Made by a program: the position numbers and the translations under genes. This document shows positions 25,300 through 37,181 of a DNA stretch of 64,000 bases, piece after piece (within the stretch, counting starts at the first letter, position 1; every line of letters starts with the position of its first letter). This DNA comes from Octopus vulgaris (taxonomy: Eukaryota): NCBI GenBank assembly GCA_951406725.2, contig OX597816.1, positions 103,602,001 to 103,666,000 on the forward strand, read 5' to 3'. The notes beneath the pieces were generated by a model, which made no database searches, was not told the origin of the DNA, and saw only the letters and a program-made list of their open reading frames with translations.

Positions 25300-25680
25300 T
25301 ATCATCATCATCATCATCATTTAATGCCTGCTTTCCATGCTGGCATGGGTTGGACGGTTTGACTGAGTACTGGCAAGCCAAAAGGCTGCACCTGGCTCCA
25401 GTTTGATCTGGCAAGCTTTTGACAACTGGATGCCCTTCCTTACGCCAACCACTCCGAGGGTGTAGTAGGTGCTTTTTATGTGCCAGTCAGGTGGCACTGG
25501 CATTGACCATGTTCGAATGGTGCTTTTTACATGCCATTGGTGCTGGCATCGGCCATGCTCAAAAGTACTCTTTGCATGCGACTGGTACAGGTTCCAGTTA
25601 GGTGGAACTAACATTGGCCACAACTACGATTTCACTTGACTCAACAGGTCTTCTCAGGCACAGCATATTGCCTGATGAGT
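25300..25680 (-). mobile_element. Family B repeat
   Basis: (CAT)n tail, core CTGGATGCCCTTCCT.ACGCCAACCACTCCGAG, internal VNTR units. Confidence 0.9.
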
Positions 25681-25684
25681 CAAG

Positions 25685-25741
<57 letters not shown>

Positions 25742-25878
25742 TTGTATGCTAAGAAGCAGTGCATTCTACCAGAATTTTTGACTGTAGTCAAATATAACTA
25801 AATACTCCAAATCATTGTGTGGGTGTCTGTAATAAGAGGAGTCAAGACTGGCTAGTTTGTACTGGTATTGAGTCACAT

Positions 25879-26157
25879 TAGCTGTACTGATGAAGACAAG
25901 CCAAAGAGTGAAATTTTGGAATCATTTAATTTGTGCATTTCAGGTTTGTATTATATATTATAGGAAATGCATCCATTATGTAAACCTTTCTCAGATAAGA
26001 CATTTCAAAAATATTTTGAAGATATCTTTGAAATGCTTTAACTGAGGAAGGTTTACATAATGGATGCATTTCCTATTATATATTATGCAAATCTGAAACA
26101 TACATATTAAATGATTTCAAAATATTGCTATTTGGTTTAACTTCATTGTTACAACTA
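25879..26157. mobile_element. ~280-bp fold-back palindrome (probable MITE)
   Basis: Arms are reverse complements almost to the centre (e.g. ATAGGAAATGCATCCATTATGTAAACC / GGTTTACATAATGGATGCATTTCCTAT); ends TAGCTGTA / TACAACTA. Confidence 0.85.
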
Positions 26158-27004
26158 TATACATATATATATATATATATCATCATCATCATATATATGT
26201 ATGTATATATGTATTGCTGTGCTGAAGATTTATTTATGCATGTTTGCATGCGTAATACTTTAATTATTGCATGCAGAATACTTTAATTATTGCAACAATT
26301 GCTTTTACAGTAAGATGTACTTCACACCTCCTTTCTTCCCACTTCTAAATTGTAGAATCTGACCTTTCTTCAGCAAGAAGTGGTGATGGTAGTGGAAGGT
26401 TAACTCTGTGATGGACTGGTATCTCATTTAGTGAGGATTATTGTATTCTTGGTCTCTTAAACTTGGAAAGTGGAATAATGAACCTGTCAGACTGTAATAA
26501 ACCTATGACAAAGACTTGTGATAGAGGAGACAGTTTCTTGGCACAGTATAAGGATCTATGCACAGGCTTGTTTTTCATTAATATTTAACTGAGCCGACGA
26601 GTAAGCATCGATGTAGTTTTTAACCCTATTAGAAGCAGCAACTAAATTATCCTCAGGTCACACTCTACCATTTTAAAAAGAAAGGATGCATTGAATAATA
26701 TAGTCTTCAATATATGTAAAGAGAGGATGATCATGCTTGGATGCCTTTGTTCATGAATAAATTTGATGTAGTGATTTTCTTTTGCGTTTTCGGACAAATT
26801 GACCTTTCCTCATCATATAAGACTTGTATCTGATGTCTTCGTGGACAACATTCCTGACTGTTCCTTCTGACATGTAGATCTTTTGCAACTGACCTCATGG
26901 GCTTTCTGAGATTGTAATCAATGGTCTGTTGATAAATTAAGGTGTTCTAATGATTTCAGAATATTTACAATGCTTTTTATGCTTTGATACTGGTGATACG
27001 TTTC

Positions 27005-28190
27005 CATCTTCAGTCTTTAGGCACTGGGATAAAAGGAAAACGACCAAATTATCCAGTCATATATGGTCATTAAAAGATAAAGGTGTCAGTTACAACATCC
27101 ATTGGAAGATCTTAGCCAAGTGTAAGCCCTACACCAATGGCAGTGGAAAGTGCGGTCTATGTGATATGGAAAGATGGCTCATCTGGAAAAGTAGCTTAGA
27201 TCTTGCTACATGTCTGAATTCAAGAACTGAACTTTTCGGATCATGCTCATGTGTGGCCAAATATTTGTTACGTTTTTGGTCCCCCCGAGACTACAGAAAG
27301 AACTTGCTTTCTATATTGTGTCCTCGCACAAGCTTTTTATCTCTTTATACTTTTTACTTATATTTCTTATATATTTTTTTATTTATATTTTTTATATATT
27401 TCTTACATATTTATAGAGATATTGGTTTATAGGTTTATTGCTTATATATTTTTTACACATAATTTTTCTGTATTCTACCTTCGACCCTGCATTTTTCCCT
27501 GTGCGTATATAGACATGTATATGGTTTCTTTTGTGTGTGTATGTGTGTGTGTGTGCGGGTATGTGTGTATATAGTTGTGTGCAGGTGTGCGTGCATGCGA
27601 GTATGTGCGTATATAGACGTGTTTTACTCAATGTTTTTACACATTTTCCTTTATTTTTGCCTTTAACTCTGTTTTTTCTTGTGTATAGATGTATGTATGG
27701 TCTTTTTTGTACGTGCGTGCATGTGTGTGTGCGGGTATGTGCATATATAGGCGTGTATGTGTGTGTGCATATGGGTATGTACTTATATAGACATGGTTGA
27801 CTCTTTGTACACTCCCTTAGATGAATGTATACTTTTAGGCGCATGCATGTGTAGGTATGAACATGCGCGCTTACGTGAATACTATGAATTTCTTGTCCCC
27901 TTACTTTTTACTCCCTTCCCTCACTTAGCGGTCATTCAAATAGCTCTTTTGTCTTAATAATGGTCAACCACACTGTAATTTCCCTTTGTATAATGGTAAT
28001 TTTTCATAGCATTTTTCTGATGGCCAGATAACTGAAGAGATGGCGGTGTGGATTTCCACCTTGGCATCCCTAACTTGGAGTTTTATCATGGCTACCGAAT
28101 AATTTTCACATATTACACTTACAGATAAATTCCTCTATTTACATAATATCAAGGTCTCTTTCATTCTTTTGTTGTCTTAGCATTTTTATC
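27005..28190 (+). mobile_element. Penelope-like retroelement 3' fragment (GIY-YIG endonuclease C-terminus plus pLTR-like tail)
   Basis: ORF 26950-27432 contains FRH..TKLSSHIWSLKDKGVSYNIHWKILAKCKPYTNGSGKCGLCDME..LNSRTELFGSC, the typical C-terminal half of a Penelope GIY-YIG domain with CxxC (possibly Naiad-like). It is followed by a TG-rich UTR and a hammerhead remnant, and ends in (TA)n. Confidence 0.8.
28027..28087 (+). ncRNA. Degenerate minimal hammerhead ribozyme in the Penelope tail
   Basis: GATAA-CTGAAGA-GATG..CATC-cctaa(GAAA mutated)-CT TGG AG TT-TTATC; stem I GATAA/TTATC and stem II GATG/CATC pair. Confidence 0.45.
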
Positions 28191-28237
28191 AATATATATA
28201 TATATATATATATATATAGATAGATATATGTATATAT

Positions 28238-28620
28238 GAACTTAGACATGTTTCAACCAAAGATTGGTCCAAGCCATGTCTAACTTAATAGCACCACCTT
28301 ATAGGATTATCTAAATCCTTTTTGAGTCAAGTTTTGTGGTATCATGGTCCATTCAAGTATTGAGTTCTTGTTGAGTGAGTTGTATCCAGGTATAGGTGGC
28401 TTATCTGGTATTCCTTGAAGAAATTTGTCCAGACTCCATCTAAATGTGATGGGATCCTTTTCCTATTTGATCAGTTTTGGGACAATGTGAAACAGGGCAG
28501 GACCTGTTGAGGAAAAGAAATTGTGTTGCAGTGTACCTATATGTTGTGATCCTGAATTGGGCAGGGGACATATGGCCCCTAGTCCCAGCCTTAGATGAAC
28601 CTTGAAGCTAATTTTGATTT
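28238..28620 (-). pseudogene. 3' end of a CR1/L2-group LINE (ORF2 C-terminus plus terminal stem-loop)
   Basis: Minus translation GTLQHNFFSSTGPALFHIVPKLIK*EKDPITFRWSLDKFLQGIPDKPPIPGYNSLNKNSILEW; 3' hairpin TTAGACATG...CATGTCTAA. Confidence 0.75.
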
Positions 28621-29910
28621 TGCAACCCACCAAATTTTAGCGGGTGCAAGCATACTAGCTGCACCTTTGTTCCTGGCATCTTGGTGGCAACAGCAGTTAG
28701 CTCTTGCAAATAATGTATGTGTTTGCTTATAGTCCAGAATTCTGGAAGTGTGAGGAAAGTTCTGACATAATATCAACATATGTTCAACCAAGAAAAATAT
28801 AGATTAGCTGTCTATTTAAAATTTAATTTTTAGTCAGTTAGTCAATTACATCTCGTATAAGAACACTGTTGCTTATGTTTCATCAATGTTTTCTGATTGC
28901 CAATAGAGTTAATGTTTCATTGCTTACAAATTCAATAACATTAATGCTGTTTGAATGTGTTCTGATTGAATTAACAGCTATTTATTATCAGCAGAAAGTC
29001 AGTTTGGGGTATGCTGAACTGTTCAATTTCTTATTTCTCTTCATAATTGAAAGACTTTGAACTGTTGGCTCTATTGAACCTATAGGCTACTTTGAATTGA
29101 TAGGTTACATTAAATTATAGGCTACATTCAGACTAGACTAAAGCAGTCTCTAAATGTCGGTCCTTTTACCAGACTCATATTTGAAGGTAAGAAGGTAAGG
29201 TAATCTTTAAGGTTTCATACAGAATACCACGTAATCATTGTTCCAGACCAGTACACTCCTGCCCAAATCAACCTTGCCTTTTATCTTTTCAGGAGCCAAT
29301 AGCAAAAGAATTAGTGGATATTCTTCTGTCTTTCTCTGTATTGTACCTGTAATGCAAAAGCTTAACCCTGTCACTTTGTGATATTCTGATTTAGCCATAG
29401 AATTATGTTAAGAGTACATGTCTCTGGAATATACAGCTACTTATGTGCTAATTTCATAAGCAGGAGATTAGTCAAACAAATGTACATTATCAACACTGAT
29501 GGATAATCCATTACTGAATGAAGGTATGCATACATGTATATACAAATGCTTGCCCTGCATGCTAATATCAATTAACAGGGAAGGCAAGCCAATGAACATA
29601 CTTATAAATGGTTACTTGACCTACTAGAAATAGCAGCTGAATCTCTCTCCAGTCATGTCCTACCATACGAAATAAAGAAAAATACGTTGCAAAATGTAGT
29701 CTCCAATATACAAAAAAATGGACTGTCAAGGCTGGAACATCTATAATCAGATGTTTGCTAGATCTGACCTGGGGGCTAAACACCCTCCTCATCACTAACT
29801 CAAATAAAAACACACATACATTGATATTTATACATATATTAGTGTGAATTAATGAACATGTACATTATTTACATTCGACAGATATTTGTCCTCATCTTGT
29901 TTGTTGTTAA

Positions 29911-29952
29911 CACAATGTTTTGGCTGATATACCCTCCAGCCTTCTTCAGGTG
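29911..29952 (-). ncRNA. Minimal type I hammerhead ribozyme (CpG-decayed copy)
   Basis: CAC-CTGAAGA-A-GGCTG-GAGGGTATAT-CAGCC-aAAA-CaTT-GTG; restoring two CpGs gives GAAACGTT, a palindromic stem III. Confidence 0.65.
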
Positions 29953-30140
29953 GTGGTGCTGTTGCTGTTCAGGTCAATACTTGGAATTGAACTCGGAATC
30001 TTGGGGTTAGTAGCCTGTGCTCTTAGCCACTATGCCATATGCCCGTGAGCAATTATGAAGTGAATTTTAGGGCTTATAAATCTAATAATAATATCGAAAA
30101 ATACCTTAGGAATGAGAACCCAGGTTCGAAATTTCCCCAA

Positions 30141-30184
30141 GACACCTGAAGAAGGCTGGAGGGTATATCAGTCGAATCGTGTTA
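30141..30184 (+). ncRNA. Minimal type I hammerhead ribozyme (mutated copy)
   Basis: GACAC-CTGAAGA-A-GGCTG-GAGGGTATAT-CAGtC-GAAt-CG..TGTT; a 3-nt deletion at the cleavage site relative to the other arm. Confidence 0.6.
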
Positions 30185-30554
30185 ACAACAAACAAGATGA
30201 GGACAAATATCCGTCGAATGTAAATAATGTACATAATTTCTCATCTCTTAAATATAGAATTGTGCTAATGAAGATGTTTTGAGAAATGCATCATTAATTA
30301 CACTAATGTTAAGTCTCCTCTGATAATATCTGAATCAGCAATACCCATCTCACAGAACAGCCATTCAAGAAATTTTCTTGCATGTGTTCATATGACTTTT
30401 ATAGATTTCAAATTTAGTAACTTTTACTGGACAATACCACTTCTTTAGACTTGCACAATTTCTTTATATTTTTGGATATCAAGCAATTTCATTGATGTTT
30501 CATATTAGGTGTACTGTCAATATGTACCACTGCTTATTTTGAGGGTCAGATATA

Positions 30555-31459
30555 TAAGGTGGTATCAAACAGTTCCCACACTGGTTCTGTAGTGCACCAA
30601 CAGATGGCAGCACTTGGTTGTGTGCACAGTAAGAGCCAGCAGGGACCTTCTTGAGGCAGTGTGCCAAATGACATTGCTGTGCTTAATTTGCAAGTTGTGA
30701 AATTTGTGTTTTTGTGATCATTGCTGTAGCCTGTGGTTTTATCATAAACAAAGAACCAATGTGAAATTTTGTGTTAAACTTGGGAAGTCTGCTACGGAGA
30801 CTTTGAACATGTTTTGGCAATGAGTTGTATGCAATGTTTTGAGTGGCATGGGTACTTCAGTAGCAGAATAATGTGCTTGGAAGAGTGTGCTTGGAAGACA
30901 GTGAGTGATATGGAAGACCTGCCATGAGTGCCACCCCTGGAAATGTGGTATTGTGCATCGAGAATTCGTCCCCCAGTGCCAGACCACCAATTGAGAGTTT
31001 TACTGCAATGTTTTGAAGCATTTGAGGGAGGAAAGTTGGCAAAAGTGACTAAATCTGTGGAGCACGAAGAATTGGATTCTTGATGACGACAATACACCCT
31101 GTCACTGAGCTCTTGTCACATGTGAGTTTCTCATCAGAAACAACATCATATCACTTCTGCACTTATCCTATTTACCAGATTTAGCACCTGCAGACTTCCA
31201 TCTCTTCCCAGGAAGAAGATGCAGCTCAAAGGTCACTATTTTAACTCTGTTGTCAAGATGCAGAGTGAATCACAGAAGGTTCTTGACTCACTTACAGAAA
31301 ATGACTTCCAGGCTGGATTCTAAAAGTGGCAGGAACACTGAGACCAGTGTATTACTGTGCAAGGTGACTATTTTGAAGGAGGTGATTTTAAAACTTAGGT
31401 AAATAAGTTATTTTTTTTATTAAACATAACTAGTCCAGGAACCTTTTGATGCCACCTTG
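30555..31459 (+). mobile_element. Internally deleted, decayed mariner transposon
   Basis: TIRs AAGGTGGTATCAAACAGTTCC / GGAACCTTTTGATGCCACCTT; remnants KQRTNVKFCVKLGKSATETL, WILDDDNTPCH, YLPDLAPADFHLFP, QGDYFEG. Confidence 0.9.
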
Positions 31460-31727
31460 TTAGGATTTAGTGCTTTTTTTTTGTGGCTTTGTCTGTGGAG
31501 AATAGACAGTAACCCTGACCCTCTCCAGTATCTCCTGGTGGGAGAAAGGGACAAAGTTATCTGCAGTTCCCATGCTTGCAACACTCCACTAAAGGCACAC
31601 GTAGGTCAGTTGCTTGAGTTAAATTGGGCAACAGATCAAATATACTACCCAAAAATAAACACAATCCCTTTGATATGCTTTCACACAATTTCCATCTACT
31701 TAATTTCGCTCACAAGACTTTGGTTGA

Positions 31728-32590
31728 GTGAAGTGGTGTTCTTTGATGTTGTCATCCAATTCACAGTTTAGCTGTTAGTAACAGGATGAGAATACAGCTG
31801 AAGAAAACAATTAATCCATCAATAAGCATTAGCATATTGTTGGAACAATTGCATGTACAGGCATAAAAAGAGAATTTCTATAGACATTACTTAAGAGAAA
31901 TACCATCATAATATAGAAGATATTTGACATATATTGTACAAATAAATAGAATCATAAATACTGAGATCTTTATGAATTTTATTGATTTACACTCCTTAGT
32001 TTTTATAATAAGATTCCTAGCTTAAATAGGTTAGTCTTGGTTGACCCAAAGTTAATGTAGGAAACACTTGTCCAAGGTGTCATGCAACATGATCAACTAC
32101 AAAATCATAAAATTGTGAAGTAAATATTTTAAACATACAGCAATGCCTGTGCCCATCATGTCAAAATTTAGTTTATAATAAAAGCAAAATAAGGAACAAG
32201 TTTTAATCAAGCATATTAAAATGCTGATATTTGGTACATGATCCATTAGAAGCTTAATCACAAAGAAACTCAAATACAAAATTAATCTTTTTAAATCAAG
32301 AATCTTTTTATAAAAGCTAAGTATAAATTAATATTCACTGCAAAATTTCAATATCTGTGATTATATTTATTTGTACCATATAGATTATATATAGCATATA
32401 TTGTCTATTTTATAATTAAATTTCTCTTAAGTAATGTCTTATTTGAATTCTTTTTTTATGCCTGTGCATGCAATTATTCTGAGAATATGCTAATATTCAT
32501 TGCTGGATTAATTCTTTCCTTCAGTTGGACACTCTTTCTATTACTAACAACTTAACTGTGACTCACATGACCACACCCTCGAACACTACT
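31728..32590. repeat. ~300-bp imperfect inverted repeat pair (31728-32036 / ~32280-32590)
   Basis: Shared blocks such as CAGGCATAAAAA, AGACATTACTTAAGAGAAAT and GTACAAATAAATA appear in opposite orientations. Confidence 0.85.
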
Positions 32591-32962
32591 ATAAAATCCA
32601 AGTAAAAAAAACCCACTAAAACTATCATGCACAAAAGTAGCTATCAATAAACTTTATTAACCATAAACAGTGTGCAGTGATTTACACCACCTGTGATAAA
32701 TGCAGAACAGCTGTCATGGCTTGAAACTGAGTTCAAAATGCCTACCTCTGCTCTTGCCACTACAAACCTGACAGTGAAAAAAAAAGAGCATTATTTCCTT
32801 GACTCTTCCTACCACACTGAATTCATTAGTATAGGCCACTGCCTGTTAGAATGTACAGTTTTGTTTTCAATTCGGTTGAAGAATAGTATATATCCAGAGC
32901 AATGACTTTGTGGATTCTACCTAGTAATTTGACCCTCTACCTATGTGTTACTTCACTATGAA

Positions 32963-33590
32963 GTCATCATCATCACCATTTAACATCCATTGTCCATACT
33001 GGCATGGATTGGATGGTTTGACTGGGCTGGCATGCTAGAAGGCTGTGCCAGAATCCAGTCTGATTTGGCATGGTTTTCTACACCTGGATGCCCTTCCTAA
33101 TGCCAATCACACTGAGAGTGTAATGGGTGCTCTTACGTGCCACTGGTATGGGTGTTATTTTTGGGACACCAGTATCTGCTATGACTGCGATTTTGCTCAG
33201 CTTGATGGGTCTTCTCAAACATGACATAATGCCTCCATGATGCCCAACACTCGAAAGGAATTCAGCCACTTTGCCTCCATAACATCTGGGAGCTCGGCCA
33301 CTTTACCTCCATGAAACTCAATGCTTGAAAGGAACTCAGCCACCTCATCCCCATGAGGCGCAACACTTGAAAGTAACTCAGCCACTTTGCCTCCATGAGG
33401 CTCAACACTTGAAAGAACTCAGCTACTTTGCCTCTGTCAGGCCCAATGCTTGAAAGGCACATGGCCACTTTGCCTCTGTGAGGCCCAACGTTCAAAGGTT
33501 GGTTTTTTTTTTACATGCCACCAGCACGGGTGTACTTGGCTTGATGGGTTCTCTTAAGCAGCACACATCTTCAAAGGTCTCGGTGATTTT
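32963..33590 (-). mobile_element. Family B repeat with ~42-bp internal minisatellite
   Basis: (CAT)n tail and core; about 6 copies of GAAAGGAACTCAGCCACTTTGCCTCCATGAGGCTCAACACTT at 33225-33500. Confidence 0.9.
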
Positions 33591-34695
33591 AAGAAATTAT
33601 AATATGGGGTTATATTAGAAAGGTGGTAAAATCACAGAACAACCTTCCTGGGTACAGTTCTACTTCAACATTTATCTAAATATATCATCTTCAATTATAC
33701 AGTTTGAAAAATAAAAAATTTTGCAATGGAACATATTCTATTAATATTTGGTCATTTTTATATTTCTATTACTGTCATTTTTATATTTCTATTAGTGTCA
33801 AGAAATATTTGCCTTTCTGATTTACAAGCATATTTTCACAAATAGAACTTTATAATAATTTTAGATGTAAAATATTGTCTGAATGTTTATTTCTTATTTA
33901 ATCTGTTTGTTGCTTACCTTCCATTTATTTCAGCAAGGAATGCAGTTGTCCATTTGTTTAAAGTGCACTTCTGCTAAAATAAACAAGATAAAAGCATAAT
34001 CAATAAAAATAACAATGACAATAAATTAAGAAACAAAAATTAATGAAGGAAAAGATAGTTTCTTTCTGGTAAATCAGTTGAGAACATTTGTGTAGAAACT
34101 CAGATTGTTTTGTTTTTAAAAAATATTTTAAAATATTTCAGTTGTTCTCTGTTTTATACAAATCTCTTTATTTTTACTGTATAGCCAGTCATTCTATTGG
34201 CTGAATATGTTGAATCCATTTTAGTGCATAACCCACTGGTATGTAAAGTGTGACATATACTTCCCTCTGCTGCACCTTGCAAAAATATCAGGCAAATTTT
34301 TTTTTACAGTTTATTTTTCTTCCTTTCTTTTCGTTTTTTTTTGCTGTATTTAGTTTATTGATTTCTTCTATCAAAGTACTATTCAATATTCCTGTTAAAC
34401 TGGTGCCAGACTTGAAAATGAAGATAGAATAGATTGGAATCTGCTATAGTCAGATAGGTGCTGTTGGCAAATGAAAAGATATGTTGCTTTATAAATACTA
34501 ATTCACATTTTTTAAACTTTTAATTTATCTATTTTTATCTATTAATCTCTCTCTCTATCTCGGTTTAAAACTTGCCTATCTAGCATATTTAAGTTGTTTT
34601 TATTTCTCTCGTGCTACCTCTAATCACATTATATTAAAATCTATATTGATGTGAGGACAAGCAGCAATTCCGTTGTATCATATTTGATATATACA

Positions 34696-34737
<42 letters not shown>

Positions 34738-34904
34738 TAAAGTATATATATAAGTATATGTATGTATATGTATAAGTATATGTATATGTGTGTATATATA
34801 TATGGTGCACCTGAGCACTATATACAATAATTTCATTATTATTATTATTATAATATATATATAAGAAGGGGTGGTATTATTAAAATTTTTTTCCTCAACA
34901 TGTG

Positions 34905-35150
34905 TATGTGTGTGTGTATTAGTATTTATCTACCTGTCTTGACATTGCATGATTGTTTTAAATTAGTGTCATTGGCTTACAAGGTGTCATTTATTTCCAG
35001 TTTTCTGTGAAAACATAGCAGCCATGGGGAAATATCATCTTGCCTGGAAAAAAATAAGGGTTTGCAGCAGGAAGGGTATCTGGTTGTTGAAAATCTACCT
35101 TAATGAATTATCTGTGACCCATACTAGCATGGAAAACTGGATGTTAAAAC
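34905..35150 (+). mobile_element. Family F SINE-like repeat with RTE-type tail
   Basis: AGGAAGGGTATCTGG..GAAAATCT..CCCATACTAGCATGGAAAACTGGATGTTAAAAC; same body as 52975-53190(-). Confidence 0.65.
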
Positions 35151-36816
35151 AATAGCAATTTGTAACTTTGGTAAAAGGCTACAGAGATGAGTATAGTGAA
35201 CTATATGACTCTTAATCTGTTACCAGTAACTTATTTTGTTGATCTTAGAGTTATAATGACAACATTGATTTAGTAAAATTTAGACTAAAATGCAAAGGTA
35301 GATGAATAAATACTACATGACAATTTGTCTAGTGCAGTACTATTCCAGCCATACAGTGCTGCTTTTGTTTTTGGTATAATAACTCAGAAATATTTGAAAA
35401 AGAAAACAAAACATTCCTTCTAAATTTTGGGACTGGATTGCAGATTCAATAATCTAGTACAATTGACAAAATAATAACTAAACGAATAAAAAAAAAGTTG
35501 GATGACAACTTGATAACTTTCATATCTTTGGATACCACATGACTGCTTCCAATATTTACGACGTATAGTCTTTATATAAACTGAGATGCCATTCCAAGAA
35601 ATCCTTACTTCACATTCAAGTTCACATAGATAAATGCAAAATTTTCTTTTCTTATCTCTGAACTCTATATTTACTCTTGTAAATTGTCTGAGATAAATAT
35701 ATGTAACAAGCTCTATTTCATGTCATAAATTGAATTCTTTGCAATTTTTAGGAAACTTTAGCGAATTCCTAAAACTTGAGATATTTTGGTTGAAATTTTC
35801 TTTAATTTAATTAAATGATTAATTATTTTCAGACTAATATTCTTCAAATGGTTATGTTTTAATCTGTTTTTTTTTGCCATCAGATAGGAAGTTCAAACCA
35901 GGATGCTATATCTGAAGCTTTAGAAAATATTTACATCAAAATTTTTCTGCTGATAATTTACGTTATAATTATTGTTTTCTTTTTGTTTGTTTTCCTTAAT
36001 AAAATAATCCCTTTATTGTGTTTTGGTGCTACATTTAGATAATTGTTTTTGAATTTTGTTTGGCTTTGTCATTTTTTTATATGTTTTTCTGTATCTTGTC
36101 GTAGGATTTTCTGTGATATAAACAGTAACAAAGCTGATTTAGTTAATATCTACAGTATCACAGGCATATAAACACTGGCTGCTTGTCAATGTGATTTTCA
36201 ATAGCTTGTCACCAAGGAAACTTTTAAGCACATCTGCTGAACTCAATAAAACATTGGTTCAGGCTTTCTGCATGTTTTTGATTTTGCAACAGTGAGGCTG
36301 CAATGCACTGTTACATGAACTGTGAATTTTTGTTAGAAATTGTTCTTGCAGAATTTTACTTTTTCCTTCTACTGACACAATTTCAGGTTTGACTGAAGGC
36401 TTACATTAATAAAAACAATGTTAGGTGTGAAAAAGAAGCTCACATTTTCCTATTAAATAATCTGGCTATTATAAGTGATGAATCAATGGCTGCTATCACT
36501 TTGATTTTCTTTCATATATCCTTTATCTTTGTGTTTGTATGTTGTTTAAAATTGATGGATCAATAATAAATGTTTTGTAATGGGACAGTGACTTAGTAGC
36601 TGAATGATTAGGCTGAACAACTTAGATGTAAAGGAGGATAGTTCGGAATGGAAAACATTTGTGGTCATCCAAGCTTTAATCTCTTTATGAAATAAGTACT
36701 TGCAAAGTAGAAAGTTTGTGGTAATTAATGAACATTGTTTAGCTCCATAAGCTTGCTGGTGAGTTCACATTAGAACTTTTAATTTACTATGAATCATAAA
36801 TTCATAAAGTGTGTGT

Positions 36817-36963
36817 ATCATCATCATCATTTAATGTCTGTTTTCCATGCTGGTATGGATTGGACAATTTAACAAGAGCTGGCCAGTTGGAGAGCTTCCC
36901 AGGCTCCAAATGTCTGTTTTGGCATGGTTTCTATGGCTGGATGCTCTTCCAAATGCAAACCAC
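36817..36963 (-). mobile_element. Family B repeat, truncated by a MITE
   Basis: (CAT)n tail and core up to GGCTGGATGCTCTTCC. Confidence 0.8.
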
Positions 36964-36966
36964 ATA

Positions 36967-37181
36967 CAATTGGGGTGCTGAAAAGTTCCTGGCTTTAAGG
37001 ATATTGTGAAAGGGCTGGTTGGAGGTCAAACATTCTGAGTTCTTTTATAGTCCTTAGCAAAATTAAGCACCTCTGAAATGAGTGTGTGAATCTGAGGGGG
37101 GAATATGTTGAATAAAATCATAATTAACTGACCCTCCTGTATTTTTTTTACCAAAGTCAGGAATTTTCTAGCACCTCCTCA
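36967..37181 (+). mobile_element. mariner-derived MITE
   Basis: TIRs GGGGTGCTGAAAAGTTCCTGGCTTT / AAAGTCAGGAATTTTCTAGCACCTC with TA flanks; internal CVNLRGEYVE* transposase C-terminus. Confidence 0.85.

Larger units (their letters stand above)
29858..30260. mobile_element. Inverted-repeat element with a tRNA-like Pol III head and two hammerhead-bearing arms
   Basis: 29858-29952 is the reverse complement of 30143-30234; minus-strand tRNA-like head at 30044-29970 (A-box TGGCATAGTGG, B-box GAGTTCAATTCC). Confidence 0.85.

Noticed and set aside
28241-28284. GAAACATGTC hairpin resembling the 3' half of a hammerhead (minus strand)
   Set aside because: No CUGANGA box; its position fits the terminal stem-loop of the CR1/L2-type LINE.
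29970-30044. Possible tRNA gene (also 2250-2324 and 4741-4810)
   Set aside because: A and B boxes are present, but there is no acceptor-stem pairing and each continues into a repeat body; these are SINE-type heads.
35884-36600. Possible terminal exon and 3' UTR after TTTTTTGCCATCAG
   Set aside because: The frame is ambiguous, there is no homology I can recognise, and AATAAA is common in this AT-rich DNA.
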